Below are positions 8,822-17,978 of a stretch of 56,441 nucleotides of DNA, piece by piece. Both the position numbers and the translations under genes were made by a program. Each line of letters starts with the position of its first letter. Positions within the stretch are counted from its first letter, which is position 1. The stretch spans positions 1 to 56,441 of the forward strand of contig CAYZXN010000221.1 in NCBI GenBank assembly GCA_964482425.1, given 5' to 3'. The notes beneath the pieces are model-generated. The model saw only the letters and a list, made by a program, of their open reading frames with translations. It was not told the DNA's origin and searched no databases. Source of the DNA: an uncultured Syntrophobacteraceae bacterium (GTDB lineage Bacteria > Desulfobacterota > Binatia > UBA9968).

Positions 8822-10072
8822 CTAGAGCTGTTCCCTGATGGGGATCGTAAAAAGCTCCAGAAACTTCTCGCGCCACGGCCGGGCGCGCCATTCTTCGTAA
8901 GTCAATAACTTCGAATGGCGCAGATCATCGGCAAACGCCTTTTCTAGCTCGCCGGCGACCGCGCGATCATAGACGATCAAATTGATTTCTTCGTTCAAAG
9001 CAAACGAGCGGTTATCCAAGTTGGTCGTGCCGACGTTGGCCCAGACGCCGTCCACGATCATGGTCTTGGCGTGCATCAGAGCCGCCTGGTACTCGTAGAT
9101 CTGGATTCCGCCGAGTAGAAGAGGCGCAAAGCCCCTACGGCTGGCCCAGTAGACCAGCTTGTGATCGATCTTTCCCGGCGTCAGCACCACCACCGACACA
9201 CCCCTCTTCACAGCCGTGAGAAGCGCCTCCTGTATTCGTTCGTCGGGCAGAAAATACGGGTTCGAAATGTGAACGGTTTTGCGCGCCGACGCGATCGAGA
9301 TCAGCAACAGCATGTATGATTCGAAGCTGCCGCCGAACGGCGAGCTTTTAACGATTTGGGCGTTGACTTTTCCCCTGGGCTTGAGCACCGGAAAATAAAG
9401 ATCGCCGCCCAGCACATGGCCGGTGGTCTCGCGCCAGCTCTCGACAAAAGCGGCCTGTAGTTGTTGTACAACCGGCCCCTCGATTCTTACGTCGGTGTCA
9501 CGCCAGTAGTCGTCGGTGCGGCCGTCCCCCGTCCATGCTTCGGCGACGCCGTGCCCGCCGGTAAAGCCGATGGCGCCGTCAACGACGAGAATGCGCCGGT
9601 GATTGCGATAGTTGTAGCGCAACAATTCCCACGGGGTGATGAATTGAAACAACCGGATGCGCCGGAACCATTCGAGCTGGCAGCCCGACTCAGTCAAAAG
9701 TACGGGAATATCTTTGGGCATTTTGCTGCCGCCGTGTGAATCGACCAAGAGTTTGACGGTTAAGCCGGCGCGGCATCGTTCGGCGAAAGCCTCGGCCAGC
9801 TCATAGGCGATGGCGCCGTCCTGGTAGAGGTATTGCGCATAAGTAATGGATCGCTTGGCCCCCCGGATCGCCTCGAGCATGGCCGGAAAGGTTTGCTCGC
9901 CGTTGAGCAGCACATCCACCCTGTTGCCGTCCAGAATCGGCGCGTCGGTATGCGCGGCAATGGTAGGGAAAAAAGTCGGTTCGCCAACCACCACGCTGTC
10001 GATATGGGTCACCTGAGTAACCCCCGCACAGCCCATGAAGAACAGCAATGTAAGCAGAATAGTTTTGATCAT
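8822..10072 (-). CDS. phospholipase D / cardiolipin synthase family lipoprotein
   Basis: 416 aa with a lipobox (LFFMGC). Two HKD-type motifs: NHRRILVVDG (Arg where Lys is usual) and HAKTMIVDGVWANVGTTNLDNRS. Confidence 0.85.
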   Translation of the reverse strand: MIKTILLTLLFFMGCAGVTQVTHIDSVVVGEPTFFPTIAAHTDAPILDGNRVDVLLNGEQTFPAMLEAIRGAKRSITYAQYLYQDGAIAYELAEAFAERCRAGLTVKLLVDSHGGSKMPKDIPVLLTESGCQLEWFRRIRLFQFITPWELLRYNYRNHRRILVVDGAIGFTGGHGVAEAWTGDGRTDDYWRDTDVRIEGPVVQQLQAAFVESWRETTGHVLGGDLYFPVLKPRGKVNAQIVKSSPFGGSFESYMLLLISIASARKTVHISNPYFLPDERIQEALLTAVKRGVSVVVLTPGKIDHKLVYWASRRGFAPLLLGGIQIYEYQAALMHAKTMIVDGVWANVGTTNLDNRSFALNEEINLIVYDRAVAGELEKAFADDLRHSKLLTYEEWRARPWREKFLELFTIPIREQL

Positions 10073-10539
10073 GATCTATAAAGCTAACAATTTCCCCATC
10101 CTCCAACAAGGTAACTCTTCGCCCACTGGCAACGTTTTGTAGCGCGCTCCCTTATAGCTTATCTCCAGCGGCGCCACACATGTACATTATAAAGATTGTA
10201 GCGGCCAAGCCTCAGGGGTGCCGCGCCGACTGGATCGATATTCGCGGCGAACGGGAGTTCTGACAAGGGTCGACTGAAAACAGCGGTCTCAACTCGTCGA
10301 CGTCGCAGACGAGCCGGTGATGTTTTGCGCGCTATGACCCCGGGAGATGTGTCGCCCAGACAATCCGCCACTAAGAAAGCTGCAGCGATTGAGCCTCAAG
10401 TCCCGGGGATAGCTTGATACCGGGAGTCCCTCCGTTTATATATGTCCTTAATACTTGACGTCCCATCGTTCACAGGCATACTCGGATCGGCTTAGCTTAT
10501 TCCAGCGTGTCCGTTTGATTTTCCATTAGGAGGTAAGAA

Positions 10540-11625
10540 ATGAGCAGTTCGTTGGCAACGAGAATTATCGACGGCGACGGCCATATCATAGAAGACCATG
10601 CCGCAATCATCGCCCACATGGAATCCCCTTACCGCGAGATCGCGCACCGCAAAGGCATCGTTTTTCCGCCGCTGGATCACCTTCACACCGGGCGTGCAGT
10701 GGAAACGCCGCCGCAGCGCGACCAGCGCCCCAGCGTGGGACCTACGGGTTGGCTCGATTTTCTCGACGACGTCGGCATCGACTGGACCGTGCTCTACCCA
10801 ACGACCGCCCTCGCCTATGGGAAAATCGTCAGTCTCGATTATGCGGTAGCCGCATCTCGAGCCTACAACGATTGGCTTCACGAAACCTACATCAAGTACA
10901 ACCCGCGCTTCAAAGGAATGGCGATCATCCCGATGCAAGACCCGGAAGAAGCGGCCAAAGAGTTGCGCCGTGCGGTAACGGAACTGGGAATGCTCGGTGC
11001 CATGATGCCGTCCAATGGTTTGCCGCAGCCGCTGGGCGCCAAGACATACTGGCCGATCTACGCCGAGGCCGATCGCCTCGGCTGCTGCCTGGCAGTGCAT
11101 GGCGGAGCGCATGACCGCTTTGGCATGGATCACATGAATATGTACGTGCCGGTGCATGCTTTGGGCCATCCGTGGGGTCTCACCTTCAACTGCGCGAACA
11201 TCGTTTACAATGGTATCTTCGACCGCTTCCCGCGCGTGCGCATTGCGTTCCTCGAGGGCGGAGTCGCCTGGCTGTTGCTCTTGCTCGAACGGCTCCACGC
11301 TTCGCATGAAACCCACTTCCAATATATTCCGCCGTCCGAGTTCGGCATCAGGGAAGAAGACGACCCGACCAAGTACATCAAGAAACAAATCAATGACGGG
11401 CGGTTTTTCCTCGGCATCGAGACCGAAGAGCTGACCATGCCGTTTGCGATCAAGATCGTCGGCAACCAGCCGTTTCTTTACTCGTCCGATTTTCCGCACG
11501 AAGTCACCCACGAGAGCTGCAAACACGATCTGGGCGAGTTGATGGAAAGCGATGAGATCAGCACCGAAGATAAGGCGGCGCTGCTTTACAAAAATGCCGA
11601 GCGCTTCTACAAACTGCCGCTTTAG
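10540..11625 (+). CDS. amidohydrolase-2 family protein
   Basis: 361 aa. Has IIDGDGHIIE at the N-terminus, AVHGG, and YSSDFPHE near the C-terminus. AGGAGG lies upstream. Confidence 0.85.
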   Translation: MSSSLATRIIDGDGHIIEDHAAIIAHMESPYREIAHRKGIVFPPLDHLHTGRAVETPPQRDQRPSVGPTGWLDFLDDVGIDWTVLYPTTALAYGKIVSLDYAVAASRAYNDWLHETYIKYNPRFKGMAIIPMQDPEEAAKELRRAVTELGMLGAMMPSNGLPQPLGAKTYWPIYAEADRLGCCLAVHGGAHDRFGMDHMNMYVPVHALGHPWGLTFNCANIVYNGIFDRFPRVRIAFLEGGVAWLLLLLERLHASHETHFQYIPPSEFGIREEDDPTKYIKKQINDGRFFLGIETEELTMPFAIKIVGNQPFLYSSDFPHEVTHESCKHDLGELMESDEISTEDKAALLYKNAERFYKLPL

Positions 11626-11648
11626 GGCAGAGGTATCTCTGGAGGAAG

Positions 11649-12737
11649 ATGATGAACGACTGTCGCGCCGCCGTTATCACTGCTCATAATGAACCCTTGA
11701 CGATTCAGCGGGTGCCTATTCCGGATCTGGAACCAGGCGCGTTGCTGGTGCAGATCGCCGCCTCGACCTTGTGCGGCACCGACGTGCACCGCTGGCACGG
11801 CCCCTTGGGTGACGGCGACACGCTGCCGATCATCACCGGTCACGAGCCATGTGGCTACGTCGAAGCAATCAACGGCGAGCGCACCGATATTCTGGGCAAT
11901 CCGGTTAAACGCGGCGACCGCATCGTTTGGAGTTATGTCGCCTGCGGCAGCTGTTACTACTGCAGCGTCGCCCTGCAGCCTTGCATCTGTCCCGGACGCG
12001 CATCTTGGGGCCACAATCGCAGCGACCGATTTCCCTATCTGTTGGGCAGCTGCGCCGAGTACATGTACGTGCCGCCGCCTTGTCTGATCATCAAAGTGCC
12101 CGAAGAAGTCTCCTCAGCCTCGGCGGCGGCCTCGGCATGCGCCTACCGGACCGTCATGCACGGCTTCGATCGGCTGGGCGCCATCAAGAGTAACGAAATC
12201 GTGGTGATCCAGGGCAGCGGTCCGCTCGGCAACTTCGCCACCGCAGTGGCCAAAGATCACGGCGCCAAACAGGTTCTTGTCATAGGTGCGCCGGCCGCCC
12301 GGCTGGAAGTGACGAAGCGCATGGGCGCCGACGCCGTGCTGAATTTGGAAGACGTGACCGATGCCAAAGAGCGGCGCCAGTGGGTGCTCGATCATACCGA
12401 CGGCCGCGGCGGCGATATCGTCATACAGGTCGCTAACAACATGGCCGTTCCGGAGGGGCTCACAATGCTGCGCGGCGGCGGCCGCTATTTAAACATCGGC
12501 GCCGGCGGCAAGGCCAACATCGCGGTGGAACGCCTGCCCCAGGAGATGACCCTACTGACGGTTCGCTCGGCGGAGCCGCGCCATTGGCTGCAGGCCATCG
12601 ACTTTCTGGCCTCGCGCCGGCGCACTTTTCCATTCGAGGAGATGATCACGGCCAGCTACAACCTCGAACAAGTCAATGAAGCGCTGCAGGCGATGGCGAG
12701 CTACCAGGTCGTCAAAGCCGTGATCAACTTTCATTAA
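11649..12737 (+). CDS. zinc-dependent alcohol dehydrogenase (MDR superfamily)
   Basis: 362 aa. Has CGTDVH, GHEPCGYV, the structural Zn cluster CGSCYYC, and the Rossmann motif IQGSGPLG. Confidence 0.9.
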   Translation: MMNDCRAAVITAHNEPLTIQRVPIPDLEPGALLVQIAASTLCGTDVHRWHGPLGDGDTLPIITGHEPCGYVEAINGERTDILGNPVKRGDRIVWSYVACGSCYYCSVALQPCICPGRASWGHNRSDRFPYLLGSCAEYMYVPPPCLIIKVPEEVSSASAAASACAYRTVMHGFDRLGAIKSNEIVVIQGSGPLGNFATAVAKDHGAKQVLVIGAPAARLEVTKRMGADAVLNLEDVTDAKERRQWVLDHTDGRGGDIVIQVANNMAVPEGLTMLRGGGRYLNIGAGGKANIAVERLPQEMTLLTVRSAEPRHWLQAIDFLASRRRTFPFEEMITASYNLEQVNEALQAMASYQVVKAVINFH

Positions 12738-12902
12738 TGTTGCTTATGCTCGCGGGGCAAACCCGCGGGACGGATCGCCGCTTGTACTTTCCCATGCGTG
12801 GCTCGACAACTTCAGTTTGCTGCCGCTCCAAGGCACACACTTGTCACCTTGGCTCGCAGGCTTCATTCCTCGATTGCTGCTGGCAGCGATCAGCCGGGCT
12901 AG

Positions 12903-15900
12903 TTAGATAGATAAAGTAGCCGACGGCGCTTGTTCGACCACCCCTAGCATAGGCAGAGTTACTGTAAACACCGATCCCCTGCCGAACTCACTCTCCACCT
13001 CAACCCTCCCGCCGAGCAGATCGGTGAAGGTCTTGACAATGTAAAGCCCCAGTCCTATGCCGCCATGTTTGCGCGTGGTCGAACTGTCCACCTGCTCGAA
13101 CATTTCAAAGATAGTTCTCAATTGGTCCGCAGGGATGCCGACACCGCTGTCGGCCACTTTGATCTCGATGGCGCCGCCGGCCAGTTCCTGGACGAAAGTC
13201 TTTATACTGCCCTTTTCCGTAAACTTTACAGCGTTGTTGATCAGGTTCTGAATCACTGCCTTGAGTTTTTCTTCGTCGCTCATAATGACCGGCAGGTCAC
13301 GCGAAAAGCTCCATTCGAACACCAGCTTTCTCTGATTGGGAATGACGTAATTGGATTGCAGCTCGTCGAGAAGATCACAAAGATTGACATCACCATAGTT
13401 TACTTTGGCCGCGCCCGCCTGAATGGTCGTCACCTGCAGGACATGATCGATCATTCCAAGGAGATCTTGGGTCTGACTGACGATCTTCTCCAGTGCTTTG
13501 TGCTGCTCGGCATTGATGCGGCCGAACGCCTCGGTGCGCATCAGTTCCGTATATCCTTTGATCACATTCAGCGGCGTGCGCAGCTCGTGCGACACGACTC
13601 CGAGAAACTCGTCTTTGCCTCGATTGGCTTTCTCCAGCTCCTCAGTCTTTTGTCGAATCTGCGAAAAGAGATTGGCATTCCCTACTGCAATGCCCATATG
13701 GTAGGCGATCGAATTGATCAACTGATGATCGGATTCGGAAAATTGGTGCGGCTCCCTGCCGAGGAAGTTCATGACCCCCAGGGCTTCTTGTCTGACCTTA
13801 ATAGGAATCAGAAACGAGCTGCGAAAACCGGCTCGCAGCATCACTTTGCTGTGCGCCGTCTGATTGTAAATAGGATCCGTCTGCATGTCTTCAACGATCA
13901 TCGGTTCGCCGGTCTCCAGTGTCCTGCCGAGTCGGCCCTGTCCCGGGCGATAACTTTCGATCAACGAAATGTCCGCCGGTATGCCGGCATGGACCACCAG
14001 CTCCAGATCTCCCGTGGCCTCCTGCCGCAGGAAGATACGCGCGGCATCGAAACCGAAGATCTGCAAGACCTTGCGCATGGTTTTTTCCAGGACGGTTTTA
14101 ATGTCGAGCGATTCGCTGCCGATTGCCGCAATCGCGTAAAGCGCCGAAAGCTCTCGCGCTTTGGTTGCAGTTTGCTGGTAGAGCGTGGCGTTTTCTACGG
14201 CAATTCCGATCTGGTGCGTCATGGATTGGAGCAAGGTGACCTCAGCCGGATCGAGTTTTCGCGGCTCCAGTCCTACGCAGACCATGGCGCCCCAGATTTT
14301 GAGTTTGGTCTTGATCGGAAACATGCCCAGAAACCGTGCTTGGGCTTTCAACGAGCTCCTGGTTTGCGTCAACGCCAGATAGCGCGCGTCGGTAACGATA
14401 TCCTCGAATATGAAAGACTCTCCGGTATCCGCGACTCTGCCGACAATCGATTCGCCGCGCTGGAAATGTATAGCCTCGTTCCAGCATTCCGGCCTCGACT
14501 CGAAAGCCGCTTGAACGTGCAATTCGGTCATCTCCTCGTTGAAAAGAAACACCCGGGTGGCGTCGAAGCGAAATATTTCGGTGACCTTCTGAATGGCTTC
14601 TTTCAAAACCACCGCAAGGTCAAGCGACTGGGTTGCCGCGATTGTCAGTGAATGCAGCGCCGAAATTTCACCTTCGCTTCGCCGCGCCGCTTCGTAGAGC
14701 TTGGCATTGTGAATCGCCAGCGATAGCTGTCCCGCCAGCGTAGTCAAAAACTCGATCTCTTCGCGGCTGAACGAATGACCCTCCTTGGTGTAGAAAGCAA
14801 TAATGCCAAGCAGCTCGTCCTTGGCGATAAGGGGAACGCCATGATAGGAAACCAGGCCGAACCTGCGGGCGAACTGATGGGCGGTGTTGCGCGGCTCTGT
14901 TTGCGCGTTGGCAATCGTAAGCGGTTGCCTGCTCGCCAGAACTAATTTAGCGAAACCCTGCGACGACGACTTCGGGTTTCCGGCGCGCCAGGCGTTCTCG
15001 TCAATATTGCGACACGCAATCGGTTCCAACTCGCCGCTCTCTTTGTTAAGGAGTCTGACGGTCGTGACCGCGCCCGGCAGTACCACATCGATCTTTTCCA
15101 ACAGGAGATCGAGCATCGTCCGCAAATCGAGGGTCGACGCTATGGTCAGATCCATCTCGCGCAAAGCGCGCGTGCGCTCGAGATTTCTCTGAACCTGCTC
15201 GCGAGCAACGGCGGCTTCCGCTCGTTGGCGTTGGAGAGTCGCGGCCATCCGGTCGAGAGAAGCGGCCAGCCTGCCGATCTCATTTGACGAATGCGGCAGC
15301 CCGGAGCGCGCGCCGAGATCGCCCCTGCCGATCTTCTCGGTAGTCGTCACTAAAGCGTTCAAATGGCGCAAGACGAACATTTCGCCGCCGAACCACGCGG
15401 CCGCCAGTGCCAGGATACAAGCCAAAAGCAATGCGGTCAGATTTCGCTTGAGCACCCGATTAGCTTCGCTCAAGGCGACTTCAGTGGGGATACTGATGCT
15501 GATGTGGAGATCGCGCTCGCGCGATGAATCTCCCAATGTTACGAAGCCGAACAGGTGTTCTTTGCCGTCCGGCCCGCTGCCGTGCACAATACCCTCGCCG
15601 GAAGCGGCGGTGTTTTTCAGTAACTGGCCGCCGACAACACGCTTGCCGAGCCACTGTTCATGATCCGGATGGCGCGCAAGAATCGTATTTTGACGGTCCA
15701 GTACGGTCAACGTATAGGTGCTTGGGAGCTGGGCCGCGGCGACAATCTGATTGAAGGACGCCAGATCGAGGCCCGCGTAGACAATCCCGTGAACCTCTCC
15801 GCCATCGTCAAAAAACGGATAGGCCAAAGTCAAACTGGCTCTGCCGCTGATACGACCGACATGATATTCACCGATGGCGAAGCCGGTCGTTTGGAGTGAC

Positions 15901-16298
15901 CGTTGAAAGTAGCTCCGGTCGGCGATGTTCAATCGTTTCGCCAAGGGCCGGCCGCTACAGACGACGTCGCCGTTGAGCCTGGCCAGTCCGAGGTTGGTAT
16001 AGAGAGGATACTCTTTGATCAGCTCGCCAAGCTGAAGGTTACAGCCTCGCGAATCGCCGTTGCGTATGTCGATCAACCGCGACAAGGCCACGAGCAAATG
16101 GCGCGTGCTATCGATCAATCGCTCATGACCCACGGCAAGCACTCGCGCCGCGCGCAGAGCTTCGCCCTCGGCTGACGTCCGAGCCAAGCGCCGCTGCTCC
16201 GCGGCACTGTAGAGAATCAGGGCGAGCGCCGGAAGAACGGCCAGCAAAACCAGCTGAATCAGCCGCACACGAAGACTTGTAGGACTACTCGCGCGCAT
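12903..16298 (-). CDS. large multi-domain sensor histidine kinase (periplasmic Cache-like, HAMP, several GAF, HisKA, HATPase)
   Basis: 1131 aa. N-terminal TM, then a sensor domain and a second TM. HAMP segment (IGRGDLGARSG...EIGRLAASLD). Repeated GAF-like blocks. H-box SHELRTPLN and G-boxes DSGVGI, GGIGLGLYIV. No adjacent response regulator. Confidence 0.9.
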   Translation of the reverse strand: MRASSPTSLRVRLIQLVLLAVLPALALILYSAAEQRRLARTSAEGEALRAARVLAVGHERLIDSTRHLLVALSRLIDIRNGDSRGCNLQLGELIKEYPLYTNLGLARLNGDVVCSGRPLAKRLNIADRSYFQRSLQTTGFAIGEYHVGRISGRASLTLAYPFFDDGGEVHGIVYAGLDLASFNQIVAAAQLPSTYTLTVLDRQNTILARHPDHEQWLGKRVVGGQLLKNTAASGEGIVHGSGPDGKEHLFGFVTLGDSSRERDLHISISIPTEVALSEANRVLKRNLTALLLACILALAAAWFGGEMFVLRHLNALVTTTEKIGRGDLGARSGLPHSSNEIGRLAASLDRMAATLQRQRAEAAVAREQVQRNLERTRALREMDLTIASTLDLRTMLDLLLEKIDVVLPGAVTTVRLLNKESGELEPIACRNIDENAWRAGNPKSSSQGFAKLVLASRQPLTIANAQTEPRNTAHQFARRFGLVSYHGVPLIAKDELLGIIAFYTKEGHSFSREEIEFLTTLAGQLSLAIHNAKLYEAARRSEGEISALHSLTIAATQSLDLAVVLKEAIQKVTEIFRFDATRVFLFNEEMTELHVQAAFESRPECWNEAIHFQRGESIVGRVADTGESFIFEDIVTDARYLALTQTRSSLKAQARFLGMFPIKTKLKIWGAMVCVGLEPRKLDPAEVTLLQSMTHQIGIAVENATLYQQTATKARELSALYAIAAIGSESLDIKTVLEKTMRKVLQIFGFDAARIFLRQEATGDLELVVHAGIPADISLIESYRPGQGRLGRTLETGEPMIVEDMQTDPIYNQTAHSKVMLRAGFRSSFLIPIKVRQEALGVMNFLGREPHQFSESDHQLINSIAYHMGIAVGNANLFSQIRQKTEELEKANRGKDEFLGVVSHELRTPLNVIKGYTELMRTEAFGRINAEQHKALEKIVSQTQDLLGMIDHVLQVTTIQAGAAKVNYGDVNLCDLLDELQSNYVIPNQRKLVFEWSFSRDLPVIMSDEEKLKAVIQNLINNAVKFTEKGSIKTFVQELAGGAIEIKVADSGVGIPADQLRTIFEMFEQVDSSTTRKHGGIGLGLYIVKTFTDLLGGRVEVESEFGRGSVFTVTLPMLGVVEQAPSATLSI

Positions 16299-16789
16299 TC
16301 GACGCCGCTCTCTCCAACAGATTCGTTCACCTAACCAATTTGTAGCCGTGCCGCGACGATCACGTTTTGAAGTTCAACGCCTGCGAAGCGATTCTCTTTC
16401 TGCTCTTTGCGCAGGATCATTTCTCCGCTCCGGGAGGGCCCAGCTCGCGACATCTTACTGCTCACTGCCCACTCAATTGAGGCTTCCATATTAAGAATTC
16501 ATGAGCCACTCCAAGAGCCGGCACCGCCAGTGATCCACGCCTGGCAAGGAGTTTGACGACATTTTAGACGGCGAAAACGACCATTGAGACGGGTAACTCT
16601 ACCATGAAGCTCAAAGGATTGCCCCAGCAAAATACCACAAGCAGCACCGCCTGAGCAGTCAGCGTGTTCGGATGCGCAGCAGGGAATAAGTACCATGGCA
16701 GGTGTAAGGCCAGGCCAAAGCCGAAGCACGAAGCCAAAACGTTCAAAACTAAATAACCCGGCAAGCTCCGGCCCGGCAGACTCCAGGCC

Positions 16790-16836
16790 AAAAAAACGCC
16801 GGATCGAGGCTGATTATCAGCCGTGCCGATCCGGCG
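16790..16836 (-). terminator. intrinsic terminator after the DUF1328 gene
   Basis: On the minus strand the stem CGCCGGATCG...CGATCCGGCG (10 bp) is followed directly by a run of 7 T. Confidence 0.7.
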
Positions 16837-16866
16837 GTGTCAAACTTATTTAGGCGTTTCGTCTGG

Positions 16867-17034
16867 TCAAGCCAGAGGCCCGCGCCTACCGGTGACGAGA
16901 CTAACCAGGAAAAGAACCAGAAAAACAACAAAAAGGATCCAGGCGATCTGGGTCGCCGTCCCGGCTATGCCGGACAGGCCCAAAAGGCCGGCAATCAAAC
17001 CGACGACTAGAAATAAGATGCTCCAATTAAGCAT
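16867..17034 (-). CDS. DUF1328 (UPF0391) small membrane protein, 55 aa; below the ORF-track length cutoff
   Basis: My own translation: [55 protein letters not shown]. It matches the characteristic UPF0391 pattern (FGGIAG-like core, C-terminal GRR). GGAGA lies upstream and a terminator downstream. Confidence 0.75.
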   Translation of the reverse strand: MLNWSILFLVVGLIAGLLGLSGIAGTATQIAWILFVVFLVLFLVSLVTGRRGPLA

Positions 17035-17084
17035 TGTCTGTCTCCGTCTATAGGTAACTGCGCCTGTTCCGCGGTTAACTTATT

Positions 17085-17654
17085 TTAACCCGCTTCTTCG
17101 ACTTCACCTTCCCGCGGCAACAGTTCGATCCGAACCAGAGTTATTCCTGACTCGACGAAACCCAGTCTATCGGCTGCCGCGCGCGACAGATCGATGACCC
17201 TTTCACCGACATAGGGGCCGCGATCATTTATTTCCACCTCAACGGTATTGCCATTTTCCAGATTAGTAACTCTCGCTCTGGTGCCCAGCGGCAGTGTTTT
17301 GTGCGCGGCTGTAAGTTTTTCCTGATCGAAAATCTTGCCGCTGGCTGTTTTCCTGCCGTGAAATCCGGGACCGTACCAAGAAGCTTCGCCGCGGATCACC
17401 CTGTTTTCTGGAATGCTACCTCTCTTTGTTTGAACCTGAGCTTTACGCTTTGCTTGAACCGGCGGCGAAACTGGACGAGACGCCGAGCTGTCGATGGATG
17501 CCGCCTCAACAGCTTTCGGTTGAAGCGCTTGTAGCGCTGATCCGGATACGGAACCGCAGCCTTGCATCAACCCGGCAACCAACAAGAACGCCGGTGCGAA
17601 TTGTGACCGTGGCGTATTGCAGAAAACCTGTTTCGAAAGTTTTGGCGAGACCAT
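17085..17654 (-). CDS. rlpA: septal ring lytic transglycosylase RlpA-family lipoprotein (DPBB domain)
   Basis: GEASWYGPGFHGRKTASG...AAHKTLPLGT...V.VEINDRGPY is the RlpA DPBB signature. ATG 17654 follows GAGGAGG. Lipobox LMQGC. Confidence 0.85.
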   Translation of the reverse strand: MVSPKLSKQVFCNTPRSQFAPAFLLVAGLMQGCGSVSGSALQALQPKAVEAASIDSSASRPVSPPVQAKRKAQVQTKRGSIPENRVIRGEASWYGPGFHGRKTASGKIFDQEKLTAAHKTLPLGTRARVTNLENGNTVEVEINDRGPYVGERVIDLSRAAADRLGFVESGITLVRIELLPREGEVEEAG

Positions 17655-17978
17655 CTGTGTGTCCTCCTCTCCAACCGGGCTCATTCGCCGGTTATTGTGA
17701 CGAAACTTGTTGCGATGGTCTCTACCGCAAGAGGTATGCCGCCGACCCCAGAAAATTTCATAAGTCATTGATTTTTCGAGTGTTTCTTATCCGTGGAGCG
17801 GTGCGTGCAAACCCGGGTTGTACTAAATTCCCTACAAGCCCTACTCCAATCCGCACGCTGACAAAAAGCCAAAAAAGGCTTTAGACAGGGAAGGTGTGAT
17901 GCGCCCCGCTGCGTCAGACGCGTCTTATAAATGGGACAATTGTACTCAAGGGTCGATCGGCCGTGGTGTTTGAGAGCT

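Noticed and set aside
10205-10270. TPP-riboswitch-like fragments (CAGGGGTGCC ... CTGGATCGATATTCGCGGCGAACGGGAG)
   Set aside because: It lacks the CTGAGA/ACCC core, sits about 300 nt from the downstream gene, and that gene is not thiamine related. I also considered a cobalamin riboswitch (GCCACT at about 10355), but the spacing to the GGTGA element is wrong.
10492-11526. 344-aa minus-strand ORF
   Set aside because: It is fully antisense to a clear amidohydrolase-2 gene (10540..11625). It is Arg/Gly/Ala/Val-rich with no motifs, a typical shadow ORF in GC-rich DNA.
13065-14651. 528-aa plus-strand ORF
   Set aside because: It is antisense to the 1131-aa histidine kinase, which has unambiguous domain motifs. 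Its composition is that of a shadow ORF.
16564-16791. 75-aa hydrophobic ORF on the minus strand
   Set aside because: Its TTG start overlaps the T-tract of the DUF1328 terminator, and no SD precedes any in-frame start. It could still be a small membrane protein, but I cannot support that.
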